Source: Rhina ancylostomus
Taxonomy: Eukaryota
DNA: 64,000 bases
Reading direction: 5' to 3'
Assembly: GCA_030265395.1 (NCBI GenBank)
Contig: JARFYF010000065.1
Span: 6,031,907 to 6,095,906, forward strand
Shown here in pieces: positions 24,201 through 36,700 of the stretch. Each line of letters starts with the position of its first letter. Position 1 is the stretch's first letter. The position numbers and the translations under genes are program-made. The notes beneath the pieces are model-generated. The model made no database searches. It was not told where the DNA came from and worked only from the letters and a program-made list of their open reading frames with translations.

Positions 24201-25974
24201 AGATTTGTCAGTTGCCACAATTGAAAAGTCACAGATCAGCCTGAATACTTGCCTTTTTTGGCTAACTTCCTTGCCTAGTTATTTGTTACGTAGAGGGGAT
24301 TAGTTATTTCAGCTTGCTCAAAATCATCATCTTGCTCCAGGTGATGGTAAGCTGTCCCCTTGGTGGAGGTTGTGATCCAAAGTTATTTTTAGATACATCT
24401 AATAGTGTAGTTAGAAACAATGAATGTATAAGACCATTGACAAATGCATAATTAATTATTGTGCCATTCTGAACTCTATGTCAAAATTTTGTATCTTGGA
24501 AAAGGAAGCAGTATGTATTGATGCCAATGAAATTTTTGCATTGTCCATGAAACTTCAGGTTCTGTGATATAATCACCGAAGAGCTGCTGCACTACAGCTA
24601 TAACAGGTTGTGGGTGAATCAATGCAAGGGCAAAAATCTATGTGAACCCAACTGATCCAGGTGCCTCTATCCAGAACTACACTGGCTGGTGTAACCACGG
24701 CACAGCCCTTGTGTTGAGTGAGTTCTGTCTTCATACCAAGGACAGCCCACATCTTTTTGCGCTACCTTATATTATCTTGTCAAATGGGATACATTAAGAT
24801 CTAATCCAGCAGTTTAAATCTGGACATATATGAGGTACCACAAGCAATGAGCAGTGGCGTAAATCTATTCCANNNNNNNNNNNNNNNNNNNNNNNNNNNN
24901 NNNNNNNNNNNNNNNNNNNNNNNNNNNNNNNNNNNNNNNNNNNNNNNNNNNNNNNNNNNNNNNNNNNNNNNNNNNNNNNNNNNNNNNNNNNNNNNNNNNN
25001 NNNNNNNNNNNNNNNNNNNNNNNNNNNNNNNNNNNNNNNNNNNNNNNNNNNNNNNNNNNNNNNNNNNNNNNNNNNNNNNNNNNNNNNNNNNNNNNNNNNN
25101 NNNNNNNNNNNNNNNNNNNNNNNNNNNNNNNNNNNNNNNNNNNNNNNNNNNNNNNNNNNNNNNNNNNNNNNNNNNNNNNNNNNNNNNNNNNNNNNNNNNN
25201 NNNNNNNNNNNNNNNNNNNNNNNNNNNNNNNNNNNNNNNNNNNNNNNNNNNNNNNNNNNNNNNNNNNNNNNNNNNNNNNNNNNNNNNNNNNNNNNNNNNN
25301 NNNNNNNNNNNNNNNNNNNNNNNNNNNNNNNNNNNNNNNNNNNNNNNNNNNNNNNNNNNNNNNNNNNNNNNNNNNNNNNNNNNNNNNNNNNAGATCCTGC
25401 ATCAGAACTGGAGCCCCATGATAATTACTGAGTTGATTTGGCCTTTACATTCTGTAAAGAGGTGATCTCTAAAAGTTATAAAATTCTTACAAGACATTGC
25501 AGTATTGCTGCAGGGAGGATGTTTTCCCTGGCTGAGGACCAGGGGATCACAATCTCTGAGAGGCAAACCATTTAGGACTGAGATGAAGAGAAATCTCATC
25601 ACTTGAGGGAGGATATTTTTCTTTAAAATTGTGACCCAACAGATCCAGAATGAATGTAGAGCTGAAAGAAATTAGCCTCAGTTTAACAAAGAAAAGTATT
25701 TTTTTTTATAAAAGGTTTTAAAAGAGGTGGCTGTGTAAATTATGGAATAGTTCCACCCAAAATCAGTCCATCCATTGATTCTTGAGCTGTTTGGAAGGTA
25801 ATAAATCTAATCCTGCTAATCAAGAAAGGTGAATGAGAGAAAAAGGGCAGTTGACCAATGGGGAATGGAAAAGTTAGCCTGATATCAGTCATGGTAAAAT
25901 TGCTATAATTTATTATAGAGGACGTGAACATTGGGCAATGAAATAGAATTGGGCAGAGTCGGTAGGCATTTATT

Positions 25975-26325
25975 TAGACTCAGCCAGCTCCATCACAGGC
26001 ACAACCCTCCCTGCCATCAAGGATATCTTCAAGGGGTGATTCTTCTTCAAGAAGGCAGCATTCATCATGAAGGACCCTCACTACCTGAGACGTGCCCTCA
26101 TCAGGTTACTACCATCAGGGAGGAGCCTGAAGACCACACTCAATGATTCAGAAACAACTTCTTCCCCTCCACCATCAGGTTTCTGAACGGTCCACGAACA
26201 CTACCTTGTTGCTCCACTTGCACTATTTATTTATTTTTGTCACTTATAGTAATTTTTGTGTCTTGTTATGCAGCAGTTGTATAGTGCAAGTTCCACACTA
26301 TATGTCAGTGATAAATCTGATTTAT
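25975..26325 (+). mobile_element. Rex1/Babar-like LINE 3' end
   Basis: 'aaggaccctcactacc...ctaccatcagggaggag...ttcagaaacaacttcttcccc' (KDPHHP..LPSGRR..FRNSFFP-like), followed by an AT-rich 3'UTR. Confidence 0.7.
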
Positions 26326-26818
26326 GAAATGGAGACCAGTTTGAAAAGTCCAAGTTTTCTTAAAACTTGTAACAAGTGAAATAGTAGTTCTAAACCACTA
26401 ACAGCATCTTTATTGCTATTCTTATTGAAATTAGTAAATTTCTCGAATATGCTGGGCTCCAGGCCATATCAGGCTGTATGTGTAACAATCAACTGTCTTA
26501 TTTTTAATGTCATATCTGAATTCTATTTTTTAAGCTCGTCTATGCTCACATAATATTTTGAAAATGGCTCAAACATTTAGGCATTTTGGTGACCATAAGT
26601 CTAGTTTCATTTAGAATGTCATTCCTTTCATTGATTTTGTGGAAGTGGAGGGAATAGATTTAAATTGATAGCAGCATTTTTCTAGAACAGTTGATTTCCT
26701 TTTGTTTCCCTTCCAAATGTAAAATTAAGAATTGATAATCTATTGTTGTACTTTTACTGTTTAAACAGTGTAAATCATAATAACTGTACAAAATAGATTT
26801 TTTTCCTTTCCTTAACAG

Positions 26819-26957
26819 CAAGGGGATGATATAGTCTTAATGGCAGAAGCTTTGGAAAAGATTTTTCTTCAGAAAATTTCAGAGATGCCCCAAGAAGAGA
26901 TTGAAGTACCTATACAGCCTGCTAAAGGATCACGGGGTAGAGGCAGAAAAGAAGCAG
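26819..26957 (+). CDS. brd4: BRD4 exon 4: end of bromodomain 1
   Basis: cctttccttaacag|CAA GGG GAT GAT; [46 protein letters not shown]; G|gtaggg; 139 nt, phase 0-1. Too short for the ORF track. Confidence 0.96.
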
Positions 26958-28089
26958 GTAGGGGATGTGTGTGTTTTACTTTCAAACTGGATTAGTGCTA
27001 AATTTAATATCAGTGGAATAAGGGTCATTCCACTATGATCAATGGTATTGCAAACTGTTAAGCAATTGGAATTCCTAAGGGTCCATTTCCTCGTCCTTCC
27101 CCCAGATAAGCCTTATTTTGGAGGTGAAATATTTGATAGTGATTTGGTTACCGCACTTGTCACTTAATTTTATAAAAATTATTTGCGTGTATCCCCTTGT
27201 GTAGAGGATTTTTAACCAGCTTTTCTTTAAACCTATAGTTTCCCTTAATAGAATTGGTGTTGGCCATGAATGATGTTAAATAATTTGCTGCATACTGGGT
27301 CTCATTTGATGGACTGAACAGAGCCTCTCTCATGCAAGCCTTTTTCCCTAATGAAAGCATTGAGAGATCATGTTACTGCTACATCTGAACTGTCAGTATT
27401 GCTGTTACTGATCGGCAAAGGGGTTGACTACCCCGGATGCAGAACACTGAAATATCTCTAAGTATCATGTATAGTTGTGAACTTAACATCTTTTCTGAGG
27501 TGTGATGAAGGAATCAATTTTGAGAGATTTTACAAATTGAACTCTTCCAATCCGTTCATGAAAAGCTGACAGCTTTAAATTTTATTTTTAGTTTAGTATT
27601 CACATAAGATTGTTAGCAATTATCTACATGATTACAGGGACAGATGCTCAAACAGATTTAAGTGCAGTTTTTCCATTCTAACTGGTGGGTGCCTACATGT
27701 CTTNNNTATTCCTCCTACCAGCAAAAGTTGAAACCATGCTGGAAATGTCTTTTTGTAATGTCTTCTATGATTTTCCAGGAGTTAAAACAATCAAGAGGTC
27801 ACTTAAATATTGAAAAGTTATGAACTGTACATCATCCTCTGTTCACTCATAAATGTTTTATAGCTAATCAAGTGGCTTAGAATTGCTTTTTGCACATAAA
27901 GGTTCTCAGTCACACTTGATAAAATTTAATTGATTTATATTGGTTCTTTAATGTATTAATTAAATTCGGCTGATCCAGGAGATGGTTTAGCATCTCCTAT
28001 GGAAGGCAAACACTGATTTTTATGGTGTTCCACCTATTTGTAATAGTTTTTGAACTATTATATTGTGGCGGTCTTTTTACACTAGACAA

Positions 28090-28420
28090 GGGTGGCACAG
28101 TGGCGTAACAATCAGCCCAGCTGCTTCATGCCTCCAGAGACTTGGACTCCATTCTGACCCTCCAGTGTTATGTGTGGATTATGCATGTTCTCCCTTTTGA
28201 ATGTGTGGGTTTCCTCTAGGTGCTTCAGTTGCCATCCACATGCCAAAAGCATGCTGGTTGGTAGGTTAAGTAACTACACATTATCCCTAATGCAGGTGTG
28301 TGGCAGGTAAATCATGTGGGAGAGGGAGAGTTATTACTGATGAGAAAGATAAAATAGTATTAATATAGATGGGTGTTTGATGTTGGCATGGATACAGTGT
28401 GTCAAATTACTATTTTCTAT
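28090..28420 (+). mobile_element. Old V-SINE copy
   Basis: tRNA-like head 'gggtggcacagtggcg' and V-domain 'gcatgttctccc...gtgtgggtttcctctaggtgct...tccacatgccaaa'. Confidence 0.75.
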
Positions 28421-29470
28421 GCTCTGACTCTGGTAATGAGATTTAACTTAAGTGATAATCGGCAGTCCCAAAAAGCATCAAAAACAAGTTGCACGGCAGA
28501 ATTACTCTTATTAAGCACATCATTGTCCTTTTTGGTTTCATGGGGTTTATTTTTATGTGACAGGATGAGTGAGCTTAATGTGATACTTCAGTTTGTGAGT
28601 CAACGTGTTCTTTTGATGTACCACCACTACAAAAACCTATTGTACATGAAGCCTGGGTGGGGAATGGTTAGGAAGCCGGAATTAGTTGTTGGGAAGGATA
28701 ACTGTTGCCATCAGGTAGTGGTGGTGGAAACTGAGGTTTTAGTTGACAGTGGGTGAGTGTTTGGAGACATGGATGTTAAGATTAGGCAGGAGCAGGGTGA
28801 AGGGAGACCTGTAGTTAATTTGAAGGGCATCCACCTGAAACCAGGTCTTTGTGCTGAATTCTCCAGGCTGGGACCTACCCTGGCAAATTCCCCTTGAGTC
28901 TCCCTGAAACAGAGCATACAACTGTCTGAGTAGCCATAATATCCCCTGACCGCATGCATGTTTACTTCATGAAATTGTGTTCAGACATATGCATGATGTT
29001 GGACGCCATTGTGTATCCTCGACACTTCCGTGCATTGGTGCATCGTGCATGGAGGAACCAAAATTACAATCCCCTCCCCAAAGATGCAATAACAGAATTT
29101 TATCAGAAAACTGATCATGTAGTACATGTAATTGGTTGTGCTATTTCATAGAATTTCTAGGCTCCTGTGTTAGTTTTCCACATAAATGTTGTTAGACTTC
29201 AGTGTTGAGCAATTTCTTCCTTCAGTATCCCACCAGGAGTGAAGTTTGTGCTTTATTTTTGCTACCTTCAAAATTCTGTTCCCTTGCTCTTGCATCCTCT
29301 CGGACCAAAGAGTGGTTTATACAGTGGATCATGCCACAATCCACTGAACCTTAATATTGTTACATTTTATGTATATATTAAACTTGTGGTTACTGGAAAG
29401 TTTTGTTTTGAACTCTACTTGAGTATCCATCTCTCTGAATATTTAATATAAATGACGTTTTGTTTTTTAG

Positions 29471-29775
29471 TTCAGTCTAAAACCAACGTGTCAACTGTAC
29501 AGACTGCCCCCCAAGTGACAATGCCAGTATCGGCACCGGCACAACCACAGCAGCCACCACCCCAGCGGGCACCTCAGGCATATCAGCCTGCACCATCTCA
29601 GCCACAGCTTCCATAAGTATCTGTGCCGGCACCCACACCCCAGTCATTTCCTCCTGCGACTCCTGACTTGATTGTCCAGCCACCAACGACAACAGTGTCT
29701 CCTCATACTTCAGCTCCCCCAATGCCGACACTCACGCCAACAACTGTGATGACAACAGCACCACAGCCTTTAAAG
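29471..29775 (+). CDS. brd4: BRD4 exon 5: Pro/Gln/Thr-rich BD1-BD2 linker, containing an in-frame TAA at 29614-29616
   Basis: tgttttttag|TT CAG; (V)QSKTNVSTVQTAPQ...QPQLP*VSVPAPTPQSFPPATPDLIVQPP...TAPQPLK; TPDLIVQ and PQP(L/V)K recall human exon 5; AAG|gtaatt; 305 nt, phase 1-0. Confidence 0.88.
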
Positions 29776-30456
29776 GTAATTCCCTCTTGAGTAGCTTTTC
29801 CACTAGAGTGCCTAAGCTGGGATGTGGTTCTAAGCATGTGATTTAATGGCCTCATCTAAATGTACCCATGATGATCTCAATAATTTGTAGGAGTGGAGGA
29901 CAAATTGCTTGTTAATAACTGATTTTCCAAATTGTAGACTACAATTGGTTTATTTTATTCCTTTTTTCTCAAATTGGAAGATGATTTAATGACTTTTTTG
30001 TTCACTAATTTCAGGGGAGAATTTGAGGAATAAGAACAGTGAGAAAATTTAGAGGGCAGAACTATGGATGTTGGTATAATCTCGATTTTGATCGAAGCAT
30101 TTAGTTCTATATGCACATCTCTGGTTTAGTAGCCTAATTTTGAAAAATCTGATTAAAATTTGTAGACATTTAAGACAAATTCTGTCTGACAATACAAGCA
30201 CTATCTGTGGGTTGGGATGTTACCATGTCACGCCTTTCATTCCGTCATCAGAAATTGGCTCACCATTCCCTCCTGATGTGGTCAAAACCCAGGAATTATC
30301 CATTATGTGGGGAAAAATTAGGACTTTGCCCACTTTATAGGTCATTAGGATGTTAAATTAATTCCCTTCTCAACTGCCATATATGTATGCTGTTCATTTA
30401 CTATTTTCTAGTAGGTTGGGATATTTGAATCTAAAATGTTCTCTTTTATTTTCAAG

Positions 30457-30870
30457 CATAAAAAGGGTGTGAAAAGGAAAGCTGACACAACAACTCCGAC
30501 AACCAATGTTCCAGTGAAGAGTCGAGAGTCTTCTCCATTAATGACTGAACCCAAACCTGCAAAGATCCCTTCCAGGAGTGGTAGACCTCCAAAGCCCACT
30601 AAGAAAGAGATTCCAGACTCCCAACAGCAGCAACATCTTGAGAAGGGTGGGGGTGGAAGTGTTGGGATTGTAGGTGGTGGTGGGGTTGTGGTTGGCAGTG
30701 GAAAAGTTTCGGAACAATTGAAGTACTGCACTGGCATTCTTAAGGAAATGTTCGCCAAGAAGCATGCAGCCTATGCCTGGCCCTTCTACAAACCTGTGGA
30801 CGTAGACGCCTTGGGACTGCATGATTATCACGACATTATAAAACACCCCATGGATCTCAGTACTATTAAA
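30457..30870 (+). CDS. brd4: BRD4 exon 6: [12 protein letters not shown] motif and first half of bromodomain 2
   Basis: ctcttttattttcaag|CAT AAA; [16 protein letters not shown]...[38 protein letters not shown]; AAA|gtaagc; 414 nt, phase 0-0. Confidence 0.97.
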
Positions 30871-31749
30871 GTAAGCCATACCTTACAGTATTTTACAGCT
30901 GTAACTTTAGAGCTTGGATTATGAAGCATCATTGAATCTGTATTGATTATTCTGAGGTGTCAGTCATATTATTTTGAATCTTTTATGGATGTTTAAAATG
31001 TGTGCATTATTTCATTGTTGGCCTTAAGACAATGTATTGTCAAAATATCAAAAAGATTGGTTGAAGGCATAAGTTGCTTGGGTTGAGACCTTGGTGCACT
31101 TGACAATATTCTGGTGGTGGTTTGAGTTCTTACATGTGGTCAGTGTAAAGAACAAATTGATCCCAGAAGAGCTTTGAACTCCCAGCTTCTAGTTGATTTG
31201 ATGAGATGGTTTGATGATCTCCCTAGCCTGGGGAAACTAGAGGTTAAAAGTTAATTCTAAGTATTATTTAAAGTGTTATACATTGGTCAACAAAGTTTCA
31301 TAAATACAAAGATTATTTGAAGTAACATTTAAGGCAATGTCTATTTAACATTATATTAAAAAAAAGTATCAATGAAACCTATCCAGAATCAAGCTTCATC
31401 TTTTTAATTAAAAGAACATGTTGAGACAGCAGATCTGCAGGCCATCTGGTAATTAGACAAACTGTTCCATTGTTTATAGGAAAGATAACCAAAGTAACCC
31501 CATTCATTTGTAATCTCTTGGCAAAAGTAAACACAGAATTAAATCAACAAGTTACTAAATTCAGTAAATTATGTACACTTTGTAAAGTTTAGTAATTGAC
31601 ACTTGATGGTGGTCATCTGCTTTATATTATTGTCTCACTAAAACTTCAGTTTAGCGGGATAATTAAATTTGAATTTAAAGTTTAACTTTGAGACAAATTG
31701 GTAAATAGCTGTATACTTTTCCAACTAAACATGTAATGAGGGCAAGGTC

Positions 31750-33700
31750 CTGAATTGCGATGGGCTTCATACTAGGTTCTTAAGAAGTGGTTAGTAAGAC
31801 AGTTGATGCATTGGTTTTAATTTTCCAAAATTCCCTAGATTTGAGGAAGTTTCCATTGGATTAGAAAATATCCATTGTTCCTCTAGGCAAAAAGTGAGAG
31901 AGACAAAGCAAGAAATTACAGATCATTTATCTTATGTCATGGGGAAAATTTTAAAATCTATTTTTAAAGATAGAGCAGGACATTCAGATAAATTCAAGAT
32001 AGCCATGCAGAGTCAATGTGGTTTTGAGAAAGGGAAATCGTGTTTGAACAATTTTATTGAAAAAAGTGATTGTACCTTGCATAGTATTCCAGAGGGCCGC
32101 ATCAAGGGATTTTGTGCAAATAAAAGCTCATGGTGTTGGAGGTAATATAAATGTGGATAGATGGCTGGCTGGTTAAGAGGAAAAATTAGGCATTAATGTC
32201 TTTCTAATTAGTGCGAAATAACAAGTTCAGTGCCACAAGGGTTTGTGCTAGATCCTTAGTTATTCACAGTTTATGTAAATGGCTTGGATGAAGGGACCAA
32301 AGGCTTAGTTGTGAAATTTGCTGATGCACAAAGATAGGGAGGAAAGCAACTGGCGAAGGGGACATAAGAAAATACAAAAAGATATAGATAAGTGAGTGGG
32401 CAAAAATATGGCAAGTAAGTAAAATGTAGGAAAATGTGAAATTGTCCATTTTGGTAGGAGTATTTAAAAAAAAAAGAATACTATCTAAATGTGTGAGATT
32501 GTAGAGCTCTGAGAAGCAGAGGACCTGGGTGGCCTACTGCAGGATTCGTAGAAACCCAAAATGCAAGAACAGCAAGTAATCTAAAAATTGTTTATTGTGA
32601 GTGGAATTTAATTCAAAAATATTGAGATTATGCTTTAGTTATGTGGGGCATTGATGAGCCCATGTGTGGGATAATGTGTACAGTATTAGTTTCCTTTTTA
32701 AATAAGGATATTAATGAATTGGAAGGAGTTTGGAGAAGGTTTACTGGACCCTTACAGTCCACCACATCCATGCCAACCATGATGCCAGTCTATGCTAATC
32801 CCATTTGCCTGTGTTAGGTCTGCAGCATTCTACATCCTTCCTATCCAAGGACCCTGGACAAATGCCTTTTATACATTGTATCTACCTCTACCACTTCCAG
32901 TTTGCTCCAGATAGCTGCTACCCTCTATGGGAGGATGGTGGGGGGGAATCTTGCCTGTCAGATCTCCTTTAAATTTATCCTCCCCCTCAAACCTGTGCCC
33001 CCGAGTTTAGATCTCCTGCCCTTAGGAAAAGACTGACTATCCTATTTATGCCTCTCATAATTTTAATAACCTCTAAGGTCTCTCCTTAGCCTCTTCCATT
33101 CTGGTCTACCAGTCTATCTAATCTCTTGTATTTGAAGCCCTCCTTTCCAGTCGACATCCTGTCTGTGCTCTGTTGCTACCACACCCTTCCTGTAGTGTGC
33201 TGAGCGGAACTGTACACAATGCTCTAGTGTATGATCTAACCAATGTTTTGTACAGCTGTAACGTGTTCCATTCACTTAGAATGGATGGGTTGTCTTATGA
33301 GGAGAGGTTGTCGTCACCAACTTTTATCTGCTGGAGTTTAGGAGCAGGGAATTGTATCCACTAAGATCCTGAAAGGGTCTTGACAGTATGGGCCTGGAGA
33401 AGATATTTCCTCTTGTGAGGAAAATCTGGAACAAGGAATAGTAAGGGTCTCCTAATAAAAGATATTGCAGTCTCAAAGGATCATGAGTTTTTGGAACTTT
33501 TTTTTCAAAGGGTAATGGAAGCAGTCTTTAATTTTAAGGCAGAGGCAAATAGATTCTTATTGGCAATGGGTGAAATAAAACTGGAGTAAGTGGGAGTGCA
33601 GAGTTGAGGTTACAGTTAGATCAGCCATGATCTTATTAAATGGCAGAGCAGGCTTGAGGGACCCAGTTGCTCTCTGCTGCTCAGTTCGTATTCTTGTATG
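31750..33700 (+). mobile_element. CR1 LINE ORF2 and 3'UTR remnant with a nested antisense CR1 3' fragment (about 32751-33262)
   Basis: SQCGFEKGKSCLNN (ORF 31894-32145); 'aaatttgctgatgcacaaag' (KFADDTK-like); GLSYEERL resumes after the insert. Confidence 0.85.
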
Positions 33701-36700
33701 CTATAGTGAACATTACCAAATGGAAGACTGAGTTTTATTGAAAACTGAGCCTCATGACTGATTACCTTGTCAATCTTGTTTGTGAAGAGTAAAACCGTTA
33801 ATTGTGAAATTATATTTTTGAGTTTAATGATGAGCTCCACTGGTATTGTCTTGTGTTTATAAATAACCATTCAGAAATGTTGACCTCTTAAGTTATTTCA
33901 TACCCTGATTTAAAATCAGTTTTGATTACAGATATGCACATGTAATTATTTTCTTTCTCCCTGCATTATTTGTCATTCAAGTTGGTAAATATATAAAGAA
34001 ATGTCCAGCAGCTTGTAAGTTTAAAAAAATCAGTTTTGTTTCCTATATCTGTAAGTTACAAGCCTAGGAATATAATTACTGTAGTGTAAGCCTTTGGAGG
34101 GTGGTGAATCTTAGGAATTTCCTACCCTGGAGAGCTATACAACCTTGGTCATTGTGTTCACATGAAACAGAGATTGATAAATTTCTAAGCATTGGAGAAA
34201 TTGAGGGATATATGGGGATAGTCCTGAAAAATGTTGCTGAAGTGGCACATCAGCTATGATCTTGATGAATGGGGGTAGGAAGGTGCATATTGCCTGTTCC
34301 TATTTCTAATATTCTTATGTGCTACCCACTGGGTTTGTCCTGGAAATTCAGGCTTTCCCACGTTTGTTGCAATTTTACAATAGCTGGTTTGTTGAAGTAA
34401 AATTTATTGTTTCNNNNNNNNNNNNNNNNNNNNNNNNNNNNNNNNNNNNNNNNNNNNNNNNNNNTACATTAATTGTTTGGGATTATGAAGTGATAAATTA
34501 CGAATACAAACTTCTTTTCAATATCTCATCCATAATATACATGAAACACGGCTTTTGCAGTGCCAACACTTGACATTATTATACATAGAGCATTAGTTTA
34601 TAACTACAGTCCACCCCAACTCTCTATTTACAAATCTTCAGTCTGCCGTTGAAGTGCTAGATTGGTTCCAAGCATTGTCTGCATGTTAGCTGAGATAATC
34701 TTGGTAATTTAAACTGTATAAGTTGTGCCAGTGAAGCCAGAACAACAACACTTAAAGGGATTCACAAAGTGGTGAATCAGAAGAGAACTTGAAAGCTATT
34801 GTGACAAGGAAAGCTGAACAAAATTCTGCAAACCCTGAAGATTACAATTGATTTTGGTCCTTATAATTGAAAGGATAGTCCAAGTATGAAATTCCATTTC
34901 ACTGATTCCATTATTTCAATAATATGTTGAAAATTAGTATTCCAGGCTAAAGCATCGGCAGGAAATAACTACATGAGTAGGATTCGTCCAATGAGCCCTT
35001 GAGCCTGCTTTGCCATTTGATATAATTTATTGTCTTGGCCTCAGCACCATTTTCTGCCCATAGCCTTTACTTCTCTTTTTGTTAAAATACCTGCTGTGTT
35101 TCAGAAATGTAATGCCTTGCTTTGCACCTGCACTCATTAGGCATTCTTTGCATAAGTTGTTTAAGATTATGAAGTGATTTTATGTTCAATGACACTGCCT
35201 CCAAAGCTCTCTGGGGTAGAGAATTCCGAAGATTCATGATACTAGAAGAAATTCCTTCCCTTTGTATTAAACATGTGACCTCTGCCTTGCTTTATAGAAC
35301 CATGCTAGGAAATATCTTTTCAGCATTCATCCTGTCAACCTCCCTCAGAATCTTATTTTCAAGGCTTACCTCCCATTCTTTTGAACTCGTGTGTAGCCTC
35401 AGCCTCATGTCAATTCCTTCAACCCAGTAATACATCTAGTGAGCCTTCTCAAATAAATTGAACTGTATCATGCAATCTTGTGAAAGCAGAGAAGTTGAAT
35501 AGGATAAAAATAGAGGAACTTAAAAGCTGGTGGTCTCTTTTGAAGTATCATTCATGATTGTTGAGGTAAACAATGTGGCAGAGGACTACTGGATTGAACA
35601 TGTGGAAACTTCTGGAGATGAATACAAGCAAAGGTCTGAAATGGAAAAGTATGGAGGCTAGCCACTGATAACCTGTGGTGAATATATATGTGGATATTAG
35701 GCTTGGGTATATAGGACATCATTTATTGTTGAAACAAAGTTCACAAAGCAGCACACAGTGAAAAAGATAGTAAACATAAAAGGATATAAAATATGGGAAT
35801 GGGTGGATTTAATACAGAAAATTGTTAAGCTGTACATTTAGTAAAGAATGAGAAGCAGTTTACATTGGATGGCAAAGTGTTTTTAAATATGGTTCAGGAA
35901 GAGAGAAATTATAAGCCAGTTGGGGTTTGCAAATATTTAAGGAAGTAATGATAAAGAAGCTTGATGTATGTTAATGCATATTTATGACATGTTGACTTCT
36001 GTTTGGTTGCAAAAAAATTCAATTTATAAGTTGGGTCATGTGAAGGAATGACTTGGGAAGCACTGACCTAGAATCTCTGCACATATCAATCTGTAGGTAA
36101 GTCCATCTTTCAGAAAACTTCATGGACCCTTGGCATCACAAAATTATGGGATAATTTGCCAAATTAAGGAAGTTTATTAAAACTATTTCTTTCATGCTCA
36201 GCCACAATATTGCTCAGCATTACATGTTAAGAAGGCTATCAAACAAAGCCTTGTATTGGGTGCAGCAGCGATGAACTGAAATAAGGTGGTTTGGTATAAA
36301 GCATGGAAATTTTAATGATGTTAAAAGACTAGAGAAGCCAAAAGCACTCTGCCTGATGCATGGAGGGTTAAGGGAAGATTTAATAGAAGTATTTACAATG
36401 TCTTCTGACCGAATTAGTGAAAACAGCCTCTCCTGGCAGAGGGACAAGTAACTGGGCGATGCAGATTTAAAGTAATTGGCGAGACAGATAGTATTGATCC
36501 AAGTAGTTATCTCCCATGCTGTAGGATTCTCTGGTGACTAGCATCAAGAAAGTGGAAATGCATTTAAAAATCAAAAATAGCACATATGCTGGAAATGAGA
36601 AATAAAAGCAGAATTATGGAAATAGACAGCAGGTAGATAAAGAGCTCAGTGCCGACAGGTCATTTACCTGTAACGTGAACTCAGTTTCACTCACTACGGG

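Noticed and set aside
24794-25431. Long ORFs spanning N runs (also 18009-18386 and 51854-52711)
   Set aside because: Artefacts of assembly gaps.
33827-33908. ATGATGA...CTGA pair spaced like a box C/D snoRNA
   Set aside because: Only a weak AT-rich terminal stem, no recognisable rRNA/snRNA guide and no clear C'/D' boxes; expected by chance in 64 kb.
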